A DNA stretch of 64,000 nucleotides from an uncultured Bacteriovoracaceae bacterium (GTDB lineage: Bacteria; Bdellovibrionota; Bacteriovoracia; Bacteriovoracales; Bacteriovoracaceae). Below are positions 1-8,944 of the stretch, piece after piece. Each line of letters begins with the position of its first letter. Positions within the stretch are counted from its first letter, which is position 1. Where the stretch lies: positions 1 through 64,000 of the forward strand of contig CAXGUD010000015.1 of the NCBI GenBank assembly GCA_964012805.1, given 5' to 3'. The notes below the pieces were generated by a model. It did no database searches. It had not been told where the DNA came from and saw only the letters and a list, made by a program, of their open reading frames with translations. The position numbers were made by a program, and so were the translations under genes.

Positions 1-50
1 TGTGGTAAGAGCCTCTTAAGGCCATAGATCCAAATTCGTAGGAAATCTTC

Positions 51-1463
51 ATGACACTGCAAAAAACTGTAAATGAGCTCCAAAAGCAACTTGATTCTGT
101 TTTGAAGTTTCCCGACCAAAATCCCAACCCTGTCCTTAAAATTGATTTGAATGGAAAACTCCTTTATCAAAATAAGGCAGGAAAAAAAATTTCAAGTTAT
201 TGGGGTATAGAACTAGACGAAGTTGTTCCTGAAGAAATTATTCTTTACGCAAAGAAGGAATTGACTAGTCCTCTTGAGCTCGTTTGTGGAAACAAAACAT
301 TTTCTTTTCATATTGTCCCCGTTCCTGAACTTCACTTTATTTGTATTTATGGAACAGATATTACCGCGATGAAGGCCATCACCAAGTTTCCCGATCAAAA
401 CCCCAACCCAGTTCTTAAAATAAATAACGAGGGACGGCTTCTTTACTTCAACCAAGCCGCCACCTCCATTCAAAGGGCATGGGGTATTCAAATAGGGGAG
501 CAGGTTCCAAACAAAATTTTAAAGTTCTCCCATAATACTTCTAATCAACCAACGAGTGAACCTCTCGAACTTGAGATCAAAAATAAAACCTACAACTTCC
601 ACATTGTTCCCGTACCGGAGTTTGGGTTTATTAATATCTATGGAACAGACATTACGGCCGCCAAAGACAACCAAACCATCCTCCTTAAACTAACAAAATA
701 CTTTTCCCCTCAGGTCTATGAATCTATCTTTTCAGGAGACCTTGAAGTTAAAATTCAAACAAAGAGGAAACGACTCACAGTTTTCTTTTCAGATATAAAA
801 GGCTTCAGTGAAATAACGGAGAGGCTAGAGCCTGAAGTCCTCACAGAAATTATTACTGACTACCTAACCGCTATGACTAATATTGCTGTTAAGTATGGTG
901 GTACTGTGGACAAATATATTGGTGATGCCATTATGGTCTTTTTTGGTGATCCCAAAACAAAAGGGCCTAAACAAGACGCCATTGCCTGCGTTGAAATGGC
1001 CTTAGAAATGAATAAAAAACTTTCTGAAATTAGAAAGACCTGGCAAACAAAAGGAATTTCGCAGCCCCTTGATATTAGAATAGGCATTCACACCGATACA
1101 TGTACAGTCGGCAACTTTGGCTCTCATGACCGCCTTGATTACACAACCATTGGTAACGGAGTTAACCTCGCTTCAAGGCTTGAATCCAATGCTAAGGCCA
1201 ACCAAATTCTTATTTCAGAGGACACTTACCTATTGATAAGAGACTTTATAGCATGTGAAAAATTGGAAAAAATAAAAGTTAAAAATATTAAGCACCCCAT
1301 TCAAACTTATGAAGTAAAAGGTAAAGTCGGTGAGACCGCTAAACAAATAGATGAAAGTGATGATGGTTTTTCCCTTTTTGTGGATCCTAATGTTCTAAAA
1401 AATGTAAAACAAAAAAAGACCATACTGGAAGAGGCCTTAAATATTTTAAACCGATACGAGTAA
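51..1463 (+). CDS. Class III adenylate cyclase with two tandem PAS-like N-terminal repeats
   Basis: FSDIKGF and VDKYIGDA metal-binding Asp residues; RLDYTTIGNGVNLASRLE (K/D pair indicates ATP specificity); duplicated KFPDQNPNPVLKI...IYGTDITA unit; no TM segment. Confidence 0.9.
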   Translation: MTLQKTVNELQKQLDSVLKFPDQNPNPVLKIDLNGKLLYQNKAGKKISSYWGIELDEVVPEEIILYAKKELTSPLELVCGNKTFSFHIVPVPELHFICIYGTDITAMKAITKFPDQNPNPVLKINNEGRLLYFNQAATSIQRAWGIQIGEQVPNKILKFSHNTSNQPTSEPLELEIKNKTYNFHIVPVPEFGFINIYGTDITAAKDNQTILLKLTKYFSPQVYESIFSGDLEVKIQTKRKRLTVFFSDIKGFSEITERLEPEVLTEIITDYLTAMTNIAVKYGGTVDKYIGDAIMVFFGDPKTKGPKQDAIACVEMALEMNKKLSEIRKTWQTKGISQPLDIRIGIHTDTCTVGNFGSHDRLDYTTIGNGVNLASRLESNAKANQILISEDTYLLIRDFIACEKLEKIKVKNIKHPIQTYEVKGKVGETAKQIDESDDGFSLFVDPNVLKNVKQKKTILEEALNILNRYE

Positions 1464-1545
1464 AATTGAAAAAAAGTGAATGCAATTCGGATCATTTCTT
1501 TATTGAAATTAGTTAATTGTAAATTTTTTTTATTATATTTTTTTA

Positions 1546-2523
1546 TTAAGTTTCTTTTCTGTAAGCTTGCATAAGCCTCGTAATAACTTCTGCACCAAGT
1601 GACGCCGTCTTGCCATTTTCATCAAAATTAGGCGCCATTTCTGCTATATCAAATGAAACAAGCTTTTCCGATAAAACAAGTTCATCTATGAGGTCAATGA
1701 CGTGAGCTGGCATGATGCCAAAAGGTGAAGGTGCGCTTACACCAGGTGCAACGGAAAAACTAAAACCATCTAAGCAAAGGGTTAGGTAAATTTCCTGGCA
1801 GCTCTCGACAAAAGAAGAAACAACTTGTTTGTAAGCAACGCTTCCCTTAGATAAAATATCACTTGCTAAAATTGTCTTCACGCCCAACTCCTTGGCCGTT
1901 TCAAAAAGAGGTGTTGTATTGGCCGACTCTTGAACACCAACGCAAAGGTAATGAAAAGGTTTCTTTTGCTCTTTCCTTCTTTCCGCAATTTGAAGGAAGG
2001 GAGTCCCAGAGCTTCCCTTTCCACCTTCAAGCAAAGGCCTTAAATCATAATGGGCATCGATGTTAATGACGCCTAAGGAATCACAAGACTTGGCTTTTTC
2101 AAGGCCTTGATAATGGCCCCAAGAAATCGAATGGCCTCCCCCTAAAAGAATAGGAAAATGGCCCTTCTCTAAAATGATAGCAACCTTTTCTCCAAGTAAC
2201 TTTTGAACACCTTCAAGGTCACGGCCATTGCAAACAACATCGCCACAATCGTAAAGCTCAACATCATTAAAATTATGAAAACATTTATTTCGAAGGGCCT
2301 TCCTCAAGGCCAGAGGGCCATCCTTAGAACCCACCCTCCCTTGATTCCTCCGGACACCCTCATCAGAGCAAAAGCCCAGAAGAGCAAAACTGGTTCCCCC
2401 TTTAGATAAGAGTGGAAGTTCATTTTTCAAAAGGTCGACAACTTTAACCTTATTAAAAAAACGCTCACCCTTATCTTCCCTGCCTGTCCAAATCGTTGCA
2501 TCCGTTTTTTGGTAGGAACCCAC
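1546..2523 (-). CDS. hutG: Formimidoylglutamase (arginase family)
   Basis: WTGR, DEGVRRNQGRVG, LGGGH, NIDAHYDLR, SSGTPF, APGVSAP and DIAEMAP motifs; GTG start. Confidence 0.9.
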   Translation of the reverse strand: MGSYQKTDATIWTGREDKGERFFNKVKVVDLLKNELPLLSKGGTSFALLGFCSDEGVRRNQGRVGSKDGPLALRKALRNKCFHNFNDVELYDCGDVVCNGRDLEGVQKLLGEKVAIILEKGHFPILLGGGHSISWGHYQGLEKAKSCDSLGVINIDAHYDLRPLLEGGKGSSGTPFLQIAERRKEQKKPFHYLCVGVQESANTTPLFETAKELGVKTILASDILSKGSVAYKQVVSSFVESCQEIYLTLCLDGFSFSVAPGVSAPSPFGIMPAHVIDLIDELVLSEKLVSFDIAEMAPNFDENGKTASLGAEVITRLMQAYRKET

Positions 2524-2622
2524 GGTTTTTCCTTTGCATTAATTTTTTAAAAATTGATTTTTGATTTTTAATGACCTTAAATGATTTTCAAAAGGAATGA
2601 AAAGGTCTTTAAGAAAGTTTTA

Positions 2623-2970
2623 TTAAATTCCTAGAATAAATTGAAGAAGAAGCTGCAACGTTTCATCCATCATTCCACTCACAAGGGCCTTGGCCTTTTC
2701 AGCAGCAACAAGGCCCTGTCCTACTGACGCTAAAATGATAGTCTCAAGACTCCGGTTCAGCATTAACGCCGTTTTTTTAGCAATTAAGGGCGTAACATGC
2801 CCCAAACTCCACATTTCTTTTATTATTCCAGCTAGCTCTGCAACATCTTGAAAATAAGAGTTGAAATAGACATCAACTTCCTTAGTCATTGTCTTGCCTG
2901 ACTGGCCCTTAAAATAATGATTCTCAAGAACCTTCATGGTCTCACTTAGAAGATCTTTTGAGTCAATCAT
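2623..2970 (-). CDS. Hypothetical protein (115 aa, helical)
   Basis: Clean ORF filling the gap between co-oriented genes, with a purine-rich RBS; no motif recognised. Confidence 0.6.
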   Translation of the reverse strand: MIDSKDLLSETMKVLENHYFKGQSGKTMTKEVDVYFNSYFQDVAELAGIIKEMWSLGHVTPLIAKKTALMLNRSLETIILASVGQGLVAAEKAKALVSGMMDETLQLLLQFILGI

Positions 2971-3094
2971 TGAATTCCCGCCTTCACTTTAAAACACTTT
3001 CCTATAGTAACACGAAGAACAAAAATTTTGTTAGTGGTGGTAAAAATTTAAAAGAGTTGAACATTCTACCCTCTTAATCAGAGGAAAATAAATT

Positions 3095-4648
3095 CTAAAG
3101 AGTTTTAAACGATGTATTTTTAAGAAAGGCTTTCAAAACATCCCTTTCTTGGTCCTTCTTTTCTTTCCTCTTTAGAAGTGATGCTGGAACCGCTCTTTCT
3201 AAGCAATCATTGACTGGACATGTTTCACAAGTTTTGCCAACGATCTTTTCAGGAATGGAAGGGTCATCCCAAAATTTCATGATTTCCTTAAGTTCATCAT
3301 CAAGAGAAAGCCCTAAAGTAACTGAGTAAGGGTTACCCTTAAAGTCACCCCTTTTCATTTCTTGAGTTGCAAGAGTCACACAAAAATAAGTCTCACTTGT
3401 TCCAACTAACCTTGATTTTTGAACTTTAAGAGAGCCATAGTAACCTGTTTCTGGACGGCAAGGCCTTCCTTCATCCATCCACTCTTTAAGAGTGTTAAGA
3501 GAACTCCAACGCCTGCAATAGTGTTGGCCCATCCTATTTTCATGAGGAAAGTGGTGATGCGATAAATGGAGTTCATCTGTCACATAAAACAAGTTTTCCG
3601 CACAGTTTTTTTTGTTGAAACTTGTTTTTTCATAGGTATCAAACTTTAAGTAGAACAATTTTTTTATTCCAAGCATTTGAGGAAAAACTTGGGTCATTCT
3701 TTGAATAAAAATTTCCGGTAAAAATGGACCCTCGCCAAGGAAGGACAAAAGCTTTTTCTCAGAAAAAACTTTTTCTGCCAAAAACTCTCTTAAGCTTTTT
3801 TCAAACTGATCTCTAGGCCAAAGAAGAGCACAAGCAAATGCATAATTCATGAGGTCATTCTTTCTTTCAACAAACGTACCTGTATCGTAAGCTAGATCGA
3901 TAAAACTTTCCCTTTTCAGTCCTAAGGCCACTTTTCCCAATTCCTTTGACAAAAAAAATAACCTCGAAGACCGATCGAGGTCTTCATGAAAAAGTATCTT
4001 TGGTTTTTTCCCATCTAAATAAATAGCATCTCCTGGTGGCCAAACAGGTAACTTGTTAGCTTTTAGAGTGTAAATGGAAACATTGATATAATTCTTTAAA
4101 AAATCTGCAAGAAGTTTTTCATCAAGGGGTCGATTCTGTCGACCAAGAACTTTTTTGCGGAATTCTAAAGCTGTCTCTTCGATATCTGGAAAATGATGCT
4201 CTTTCGACTCCCTATAAGACCTGAGCGCTAACTTGGAAAACTCCTGAGGCTCCATTTCATAATGCCTTGCTAGACCAACAAAAGTTGCAATTAGTGAAGC
4301 AAACTTTTCAGGTTTATTACTCATTAGGTCAAAGAGGTCACCACGGTTCATCCCAAATGTTTCGAGAGGAAATGTTTTAAAAAAATCACTTGATAAGAAG
4401 TCTGTAAGAGGGACGATAGACTTATCAACAGCTCCTCCCTTAAGATCTTCAAGCCTAATTTTTAGACTTTTTGCCAGCAAAATAAGTTTATCTACCTTAG
4501 GGTACTTCTTACCTTTTTCAATTTCATTTAAATAGGAAGAGGATAACCCTGACAATTGGCTTAGGGCCTGTAAAGAAAGACCCTTTTCAAAACGAAGTTT
4601 CCTTAATTTAAGGCCTAACAAAAATTTAAGAAGCTCAGGTGTTTTCAA
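3095..4648 (-). CDS. XRE-family regulator of the RamB/PrpR (short-chain acyl-CoA regulator) type
   Basis: N-terminal HTH_3 (LSLQALSQLSGLSSSYLNEIEKGKKYP); HYCRRW and C-terminal CETCPVNDCLERA Cys cluster; TTG start with GAGGGAG RBS. Confidence 0.85.
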   Translation of the reverse strand: MKTPELLKFLLGLKLRKLRFEKGLSLQALSQLSGLSSSYLNEIEKGKKYPKVDKLILLAKSLKIRLEDLKGGAVDKSIVPLTDFLSSDFFKTFPLETFGMNRGDLFDLMSNKPEKFASLIATFVGLARHYEMEPQEFSKLALRSYRESKEHHFPDIEETALEFRKKVLGRQNRPLDEKLLADFLKNYINVSIYTLKANKLPVWPPGDAIYLDGKKPKILFHEDLDRSSRLFFLSKELGKVALGLKRESFIDLAYDTGTFVERKNDLMNYAFACALLWPRDQFEKSLREFLAEKVFSEKKLLSFLGEGPFLPEIFIQRMTQVFPQMLGIKKLFYLKFDTYEKTSFNKKNCAENLFYVTDELHLSHHHFPHENRMGQHYCRRWSSLNTLKEWMDEGRPCRPETGYYGSLKVQKSRLVGTSETYFCVTLATQEMKRGDFKGNPYSVTLGLSLDDELKEIMKFWDDPSIPEKIVGKTCETCPVNDCLERAVPASLLKRKEKKDQERDVLKAFLKNTSFKTL

Positions 4649-4765
4649 GTCGACTCCCTCAAAAGCTTTCCTGACTGTTCCACGTAATAAAACGTGATTT
4701 TATTCGAAAACACTATAAACGGGTAATTCACTCAATAACAACTAAAAACTTAAGGATCATTTTTT

Positions 4766-4779
4766 AGCGAATTTTCGCT
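4766..4779. promoter_or_regulatory. Palindromic candidate operator AGCGAA-TT-TTCGCT
   Basis: Perfect 6-bp inverted repeat abutting a TTGACA -35 in the divergent region next to the XRE regulator. Confidence 0.55.
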
Positions 4780-4808
4780 TGACAGTTTTAAGAGGATCTT
4801 TTCATAAT
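4779..4808 (+). promoter_or_regulatory. Sigma70-type promoter
   Basis: TTGACA-N18-CATAAT upstream of AAGGAG RBS and ATG at 4845. Confidence 0.6.
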
Positions 4809-4844
4809 AAATTAAGATCCAAAAGGAAGCTTAAGGAGAGAGGG

Positions 4845-5564
4845 ATGATTTCTTTAACATTGGATGATCATAAAGAGGTTGGAAATGCTATCTGGATTGA
4901 AGATGTATGGTCTCCGGAAGTCTCTCAACTTTTTCCCTTAGAACTTCAAAAAATTATCTTAAATTTAAACAACGAATGGCATGACTTAAGAAAAGACTTA
5001 GAAAAAGAAGACAGGTCTTTATCTTCACCCTTTGGCCCCACCCTCCAAGCCAGTTACCTAAAAGTGTGCTTAACAGATGACCTGAAGATGAGTTATCTTA
5101 TTGAAAGAAAAAGAAGTGAAGGAAAAGAAGCCCCCCTGTGGCTAGGCTTTAACGAAAAAATTCTAGGCGAAAAGCCTGCTTGGTCAATCATATTAAGAGG
5201 TTTTCTTAACCTTAATAAACTCCTAGAAAAGCTTGCTAAAGATGATCAAGAGAAAGCAAAAGACTTTGTGGAAAACCCCATTGTTATAGAACTTCCCTCT
5301 TTTACCAAAACACGCTCTGAAATTATGGCAAAATCCAAGCCTGTTACCTTAGGACTTGTTTTAACGACACTTTGTTTTTTCAATTTTCATGAAGGTATCG
5401 TTGCAAACAAAAAAATCTTTTTTTGTTTACCATCTTCCAAAGAAACCAATCAGTACACTTGGTGGACAGGGCTTTTTTTAAGCTTGGAAAAATTATTTGG
5501 CTCCCCAAAAGAGAAAGAATACAGATATTATTTTTCAAAAGGGGAAGGGTCTTCTTTCCTATAA
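4845..5564 (+). CDS. Degenerate, truncated malate synthase A-like protein (239 aa)
   Basis: ATG 4845 with RBS (the track's TTG at 4779 is the -35 box). Segments LELQKIILNLNNEW, IILRGFLNL and PVTLGLVLTTLCFFNFHEG..IFFCLP...WWTGLF align by eye with the AceB N-terminal half; the C-terminal half is absent. Confidence 0.55.
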   Translation: MISLTLDDHKEVGNAIWIEDVWSPEVSQLFPLELQKIILNLNNEWHDLRKDLEKEDRSLSSPFGPTLQASYLKVCLTDDLKMSYLIERKRSEGKEAPLWLGFNEKILGEKPAWSIILRGFLNLNKLLEKLAKDDQEKAKDFVENPIVIELPSFTKTRSEIMAKSKPVTLGLVLTTLCFFNFHEGIVANKKIFFCLPSSKETNQYTWWTGLFLSLEKLFGSPKEKEYRYYFSKGEGSSFL

Positions 5565-5713
5565 ATCCTCTACGTGCTCTAAGAGCTGAATATGCGTCTC
5601 AAGCAAGATTTCAGACTAACTTAGGTTAATTTCTTCTTATTAAGAAACTCAAGAGATCCCCAAGATCATTAAGAAACAGTCTCTCATTTCAAAACTTAGA
5701 AGACCCTTCCCTT

Positions 5714-6046
5714 TTACCCCTCATAAAGAGCATCAACTTTAGCAGCAAAAATGAAGTCACTTTCAACAAGTCCATTAATTTTATGAGTCCACACTTCAAT
5801 ATCTAAATGGCCATAGCCTACTACCAATTCAGGGTGATGCCATTGCTCATCTGCCATATTTCCAATTTTAATAGCAAGGTCCATGGCCTCTTTAAAATCC
5901 TTAAACTTAATCTTTCTTAAAAGCCTCGTGTTGTCATGAGTTAAACTCCACTCAGGAGAGATTTCTTGTTTAAACTTTAAAATCTCATTTTCAGGCAATG
6001 GTGGAACTCCTCCAGAACAAGGAATACACTTTTTTTCTTTTAACAT
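5714..6046 (-). CDS. phhB: Pterin-4-alpha-carbinolamine dehydratase
   Basis: CIPCSGG, FKDF, QWHHPEL and WTHKINGLVESDFIFAAK. Confidence 0.92.
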   Translation of the reverse strand: MLKEKKCIPCSGGVPPLPENEILKFKQEISPEWSLTHDNTRLLRKIKFKDFKEAMDLAIKIGNMADEQWHHPELVVGYGHLDIEVWTHKINGLVESDFIFAAKVDALYEG

Positions 6047-6073
6047 TCTTAAAACCTTTGGTAAAAAAGTGGA

Positions 6074-6520
6074 TCAATAAATTGAATTTAAAAATTCATC
6101 AAAATTTGAGGCCACTGGAAATAGATTTTTTCCTTCAACAGCTTGGGAAGGTTTCTCTATATCACCCCGATCCCAAAAATAAATTTTTTCAAACGTTTCA
6201 TCACCAACTCCAATAAACAAAACGCCCGCCCCTTCAGTAAGGGCAAAAGGAACAAAGCCTTTTGGAATTAAAGCTTTCGTTATTTTAAAAATATAAAAAA
6301 CATTTTTTTCTTTTTCAACATTTATTCCAAGGAAAAACTCTATAGACAACCCTTGTTTAACTTTATCCTTCAAATCAAACTTTTTGAGGTCAGGAATCCC
6401 TCCGTTAGAGTTTTTTAAAAATTTTTTGTATTCAGTTGGAAACTGGAATCCAAAATCAAACTCATATTTGACTAGATCATAATCCATCATCGGCTTTCCA
6501 AATCCTTCTACAGAAATCAT
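6074..6520 (-). CDS. SMI1/KNR4 (SUKH) family protein
   Basis: FPTEYKKFLKNSNGG, FVPFA, IYFWD and VASNFDEFL signature. Confidence 0.85.
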   Translation of the reverse strand: MISVEGFGKPMMDYDLVKYEFDFGFQFPTEYKKFLKNSNGGIPDLKKFDLKDKVKQGLSIEFFLGINVEKEKNVFYIFKITKALIPKGFVPFALTEGAGVLFIGVGDETFEKIYFWDRGDIEKPSQAVEGKNLFPVASNFDEFLNSIY

Positions 6521-6548
6521 GGTAAAAATCCTCTCTATAAAAATATTT

Positions 6549-8117
6549 TTAAAGCTCTCTACAATTTCTCGACAAATGCTTCAAACCTTTTAGACCAATT
6601 CCTTTACCAACTAATTGATAAATTGAGCCTCTTGGCAAATCTAAAAAGCTTTCTTTTGGTAATTGATTTTTGTCCCAAATATCGTAAAACCATTGATTAT
6701 AATTCGTAGCTAAATTAGAAGCAAAAGCTCTCTTTTTCTTAACAGAAAAAAGAATCGTAGGTCTCCTTTTACTGCTGGTAAACCATGTAGATCCCATAAT
6801 AAAATAATTTGATTTTTTCCCAAGTTCCGAAAGGACCCATTTTTTATTCATATTTTTTTTCAAGTGTTCTTTATATTTTTCCCAATAGGCACCCTTTTGA
6901 TTTTTTAATTGAGAAAGCTTATTAAGGACGTCCTTTTTCCATGGATATTGCCACATTGCCACTTTTTGATTAAGTCCCTGCTTTCCTTTCCTTTGAAAAA
7001 GAAAATAAACCAGAGACAATGTTCGTTGCTTTAAAGAACGACCACGATAGGAACCTGGAATTCCTATTGTCATTTCAGTCGTTACCTTTTCTACACGAAT
7101 GCCATCCTTAAAAGAAAGGCTATTATTATACAAAGCATCTTTTAAATAACGGAATCTCAATTTGTTTAAAATATTTTTCAAACCTCTCTTATCTTTATAT
7201 TTTTTGAACTGGCCTTCAAAAGATTCAAATACGGACAAGAAGAAACTTGATTCTAATATTCTATTTCTTAAAGAAGAATAAGATAATCCATCATTTCTTT
7301 GAATTATGTCCATCCCTCTTTCGATAAACTTTAAGACTCTTAATGCTTTTTTTCCCTGAGCACTATAATGCTTAAAAAACTGGGATTTAAAAAGAGCGGG
7401 CCCATCCGTTCCTGCTTTCTGTCCAGGCCAATTACCTTGTGCCAGCTTCTCTTCCATGTAAGCAATGAGTTCTTGGGGAATCAATTCTTTAAATGAGCTT
7501 TTTACCTTTAAAACCGGATAGACAAGATCCTTTGACTCATCCAAAATAACGAGACCTTCCCCGGTATATAAGTGAAAGTGAGCTGCTTTGTGAAATTCAT
7601 GGGCCTTTAAATCATTCCCTCCGTAGACAGATCTGTTACCCCAACTTGTTCCAACTTCCCATGGGTAAAACGCCGTCATTAATTCTTGAATGTCGCCAGG
7701 AAAAAAGTGAATACCCTCACAGTTCCAACCTTTTTTCTGATACAAATAACTGCTGAGTTCTGGGTCGAATTGGCTGGATGCCCATGAGGATGCTAAACTT
7801 ATTTTTTTACCTTTTTTATTAAAGAAGGGTCCATCCTCGATACTTTCCAAATAAGGCCCTAAGGACGGGTAACCCCAATTATAAAGCTTAAGTGCCTTTT
7901 CGAACCTTTCGAAAAGCGTCATTGGAACCCATTCATTTTTATTCTTATAGGCCTTTTCCGTAAGAGGGTTTTCATTATTCTTTTGGATACTGGTACTCAA
8001 GCCTTTTGTTAGAACAGCATTTTCAATAACAAAACCAAAGCACCGGCTTCCCTCTCCACCTAAAATAAACAAACTTAGAAAACCATAAAGTATTATTCTA
8101 ATTTTTTTAAGATTCAA
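6549..8117 (-). CDS. Secreted hypothetical protein (522 aa, basic)
   Basis: N-terminal signal-like hydrophobic segment; TTG start with AAGGAAAGG RBS; no family recognised. Confidence 0.7.
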   Translation of the reverse strand: MNLKKIRIILYGFLSLFILGGEGSRCFGFVIENAVLTKGLSTSIQKNNENPLTEKAYKNKNEWVPMTLFERFEKALKLYNWGYPSLGPYLESIEDGPFFNKKGKKISLASSWASSQFDPELSSYLYQKKGWNCEGIHFFPGDIQELMTAFYPWEVGTSWGNRSVYGGNDLKAHEFHKAAHFHLYTGEGLVILDESKDLVYPVLKVKSSFKELIPQELIAYMEEKLAQGNWPGQKAGTDGPALFKSQFFKHYSAQGKKALRVLKFIERGMDIIQRNDGLSYSSLRNRILESSFFLSVFESFEGQFKKYKDKRGLKNILNKLRFRYLKDALYNNSLSFKDGIRVEKVTTEMTIGIPGSYRGRSLKQRTLSLVYFLFQRKGKQGLNQKVAMWQYPWKKDVLNKLSQLKNQKGAYWEKYKEHLKKNMNKKWVLSELGKKSNYFIMGSTWFTSSKRRPTILFSVKKKRAFASNLATNYNQWFYDIWDKNQLPKESFLDLPRGSIYQLVGKGIGLKGLKHLSRNCREL

Positions 8118-8184
8118 ACTGCCTTTCCTTTGTAAATCATTTTCAATTTTTCCTGCTATAATAGGTCACGGTCTTCATTTCCCC

Positions 8185-8787
8185 TTACAGAAGAGGCCAC
8201 CCCATTTTTATTCTCAAATAATGGGCCACCTTTTTATGAAGGTAAAAATCTGCAATATCGAGAGGCCTCATCCCCCTCCAATTTCCTTCCTTAATAGGGC
8301 CCAAATTCGCCCCCCTTTCAACTAAAACTTTAACAACTTCAAAATTTCCCAACAAAGATGCTTTCATTATAGGAGTAAGCCCCTGGTTATCTCCTAAACT
8401 AATATCAGCTCCTAAATTAAGCAGATCTTTAACCAAAAGATGGTCACCCTTCTCAACAGCTCCTAAAAGGGCCGTCATTCCCTCTTTTGTTTTAAAATTT
8501 ATATCGGCGCCTAATCGTACACACTCTTTTATACCCTTTAAACCAACCTCATAACCGCATTGACGACCTAATAGAGAAGCATCAAGAGGCTTTCCTTGAG
8601 CATAAGTTAAGGTGACAAGTCTTTTCCCCCAAAAAGAAGCCTTATCAATTTTTGGAGTTTTTATAATTTGGGCGACATTCCTTCGAGAGCTCTTTTTTAG
8701 TGAAATACTACAAGAGCTTAACGTTAAACCAATAATGGATAACAAGATGATATTGAAAGGAAAGATTTTAAATAAACGAAACCTCAT
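8185..8787 (-). CDS. Ankyrin-repeat lipoprotein
   Basis: Lipobox-like LTLSS-C; GMTALLGAVEKG, GLTPIMKASLLGNFEVVKVLVERGA and GMRPLDIA ankyrin repeats. Confidence 0.85.
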   Translation of the reverse strand: MRFRLFKIFPFNIILLSIIGLTLSSCSISLKKSSRRNVAQIIKTPKIDKASFWGKRLVTLTYAQGKPLDASLLGRQCGYEVGLKGIKECVRLGADINFKTKEGMTALLGAVEKGDHLLVKDLLNLGADISLGDNQGLTPIMKASLLGNFEVVKVLVERGANLGPIKEGNWRGMRPLDIADFYLHKKVAHYLRIKMGWPLL

Positions 8788-8824
8788 GCTTTTTCCCTTT
8801 TTTAGAAAAAGATAATATAGAGAA

Positions 8825-8851
8825 ATTTCGTCTTTATAAAAAAAGTCTTTA
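8825..8851 (-). promoter_or_regulatory. Sigma28 (FliA)-like promoter upstream of ankyrin lipoprotein
   Basis: TAAA-N15-GACGAAAT on the minus strand. Confidence 0.4.
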
Positions 8852-8884
8852 GATCAAAGGGTTCAGAAAAATCTTACACTGAAA

Positions 8885-8907
8885 AGGGAGGAATTTTTTT
8901 CCCCCCT
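8885..8907 (-). terminator. Intrinsic terminator after the PLD gene
   Basis: AGGGGGGAA/UUCCUCCCU stem, 5-nt loop, short U tract on the minus strand. Confidence 0.5.
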
Positions 8908-8944
8908 AAATTGATATTTTTATCCTTTTTTTTTGATTTATCAA

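Noticed and set aside
5423..5629. Frameshifted continuation of the malate synthase-like ORF
   Set aside because: The alternate-frame translation shows no AceB motifs (e.g. no ATVLIET or GRWDY).
6549..8117. HEFHKAAH as a zinc-metalloprotease motif
   Set aside because: It does not fit HExxH spacing, so no protease call was made.
8154..8162. Extended -10 TGCTATAAT on the plus strand, antisense to the ankyrin gene
   Set aside because: Single short motif in AT-rich DNA with no matching -35 or downstream feature; could be chance.
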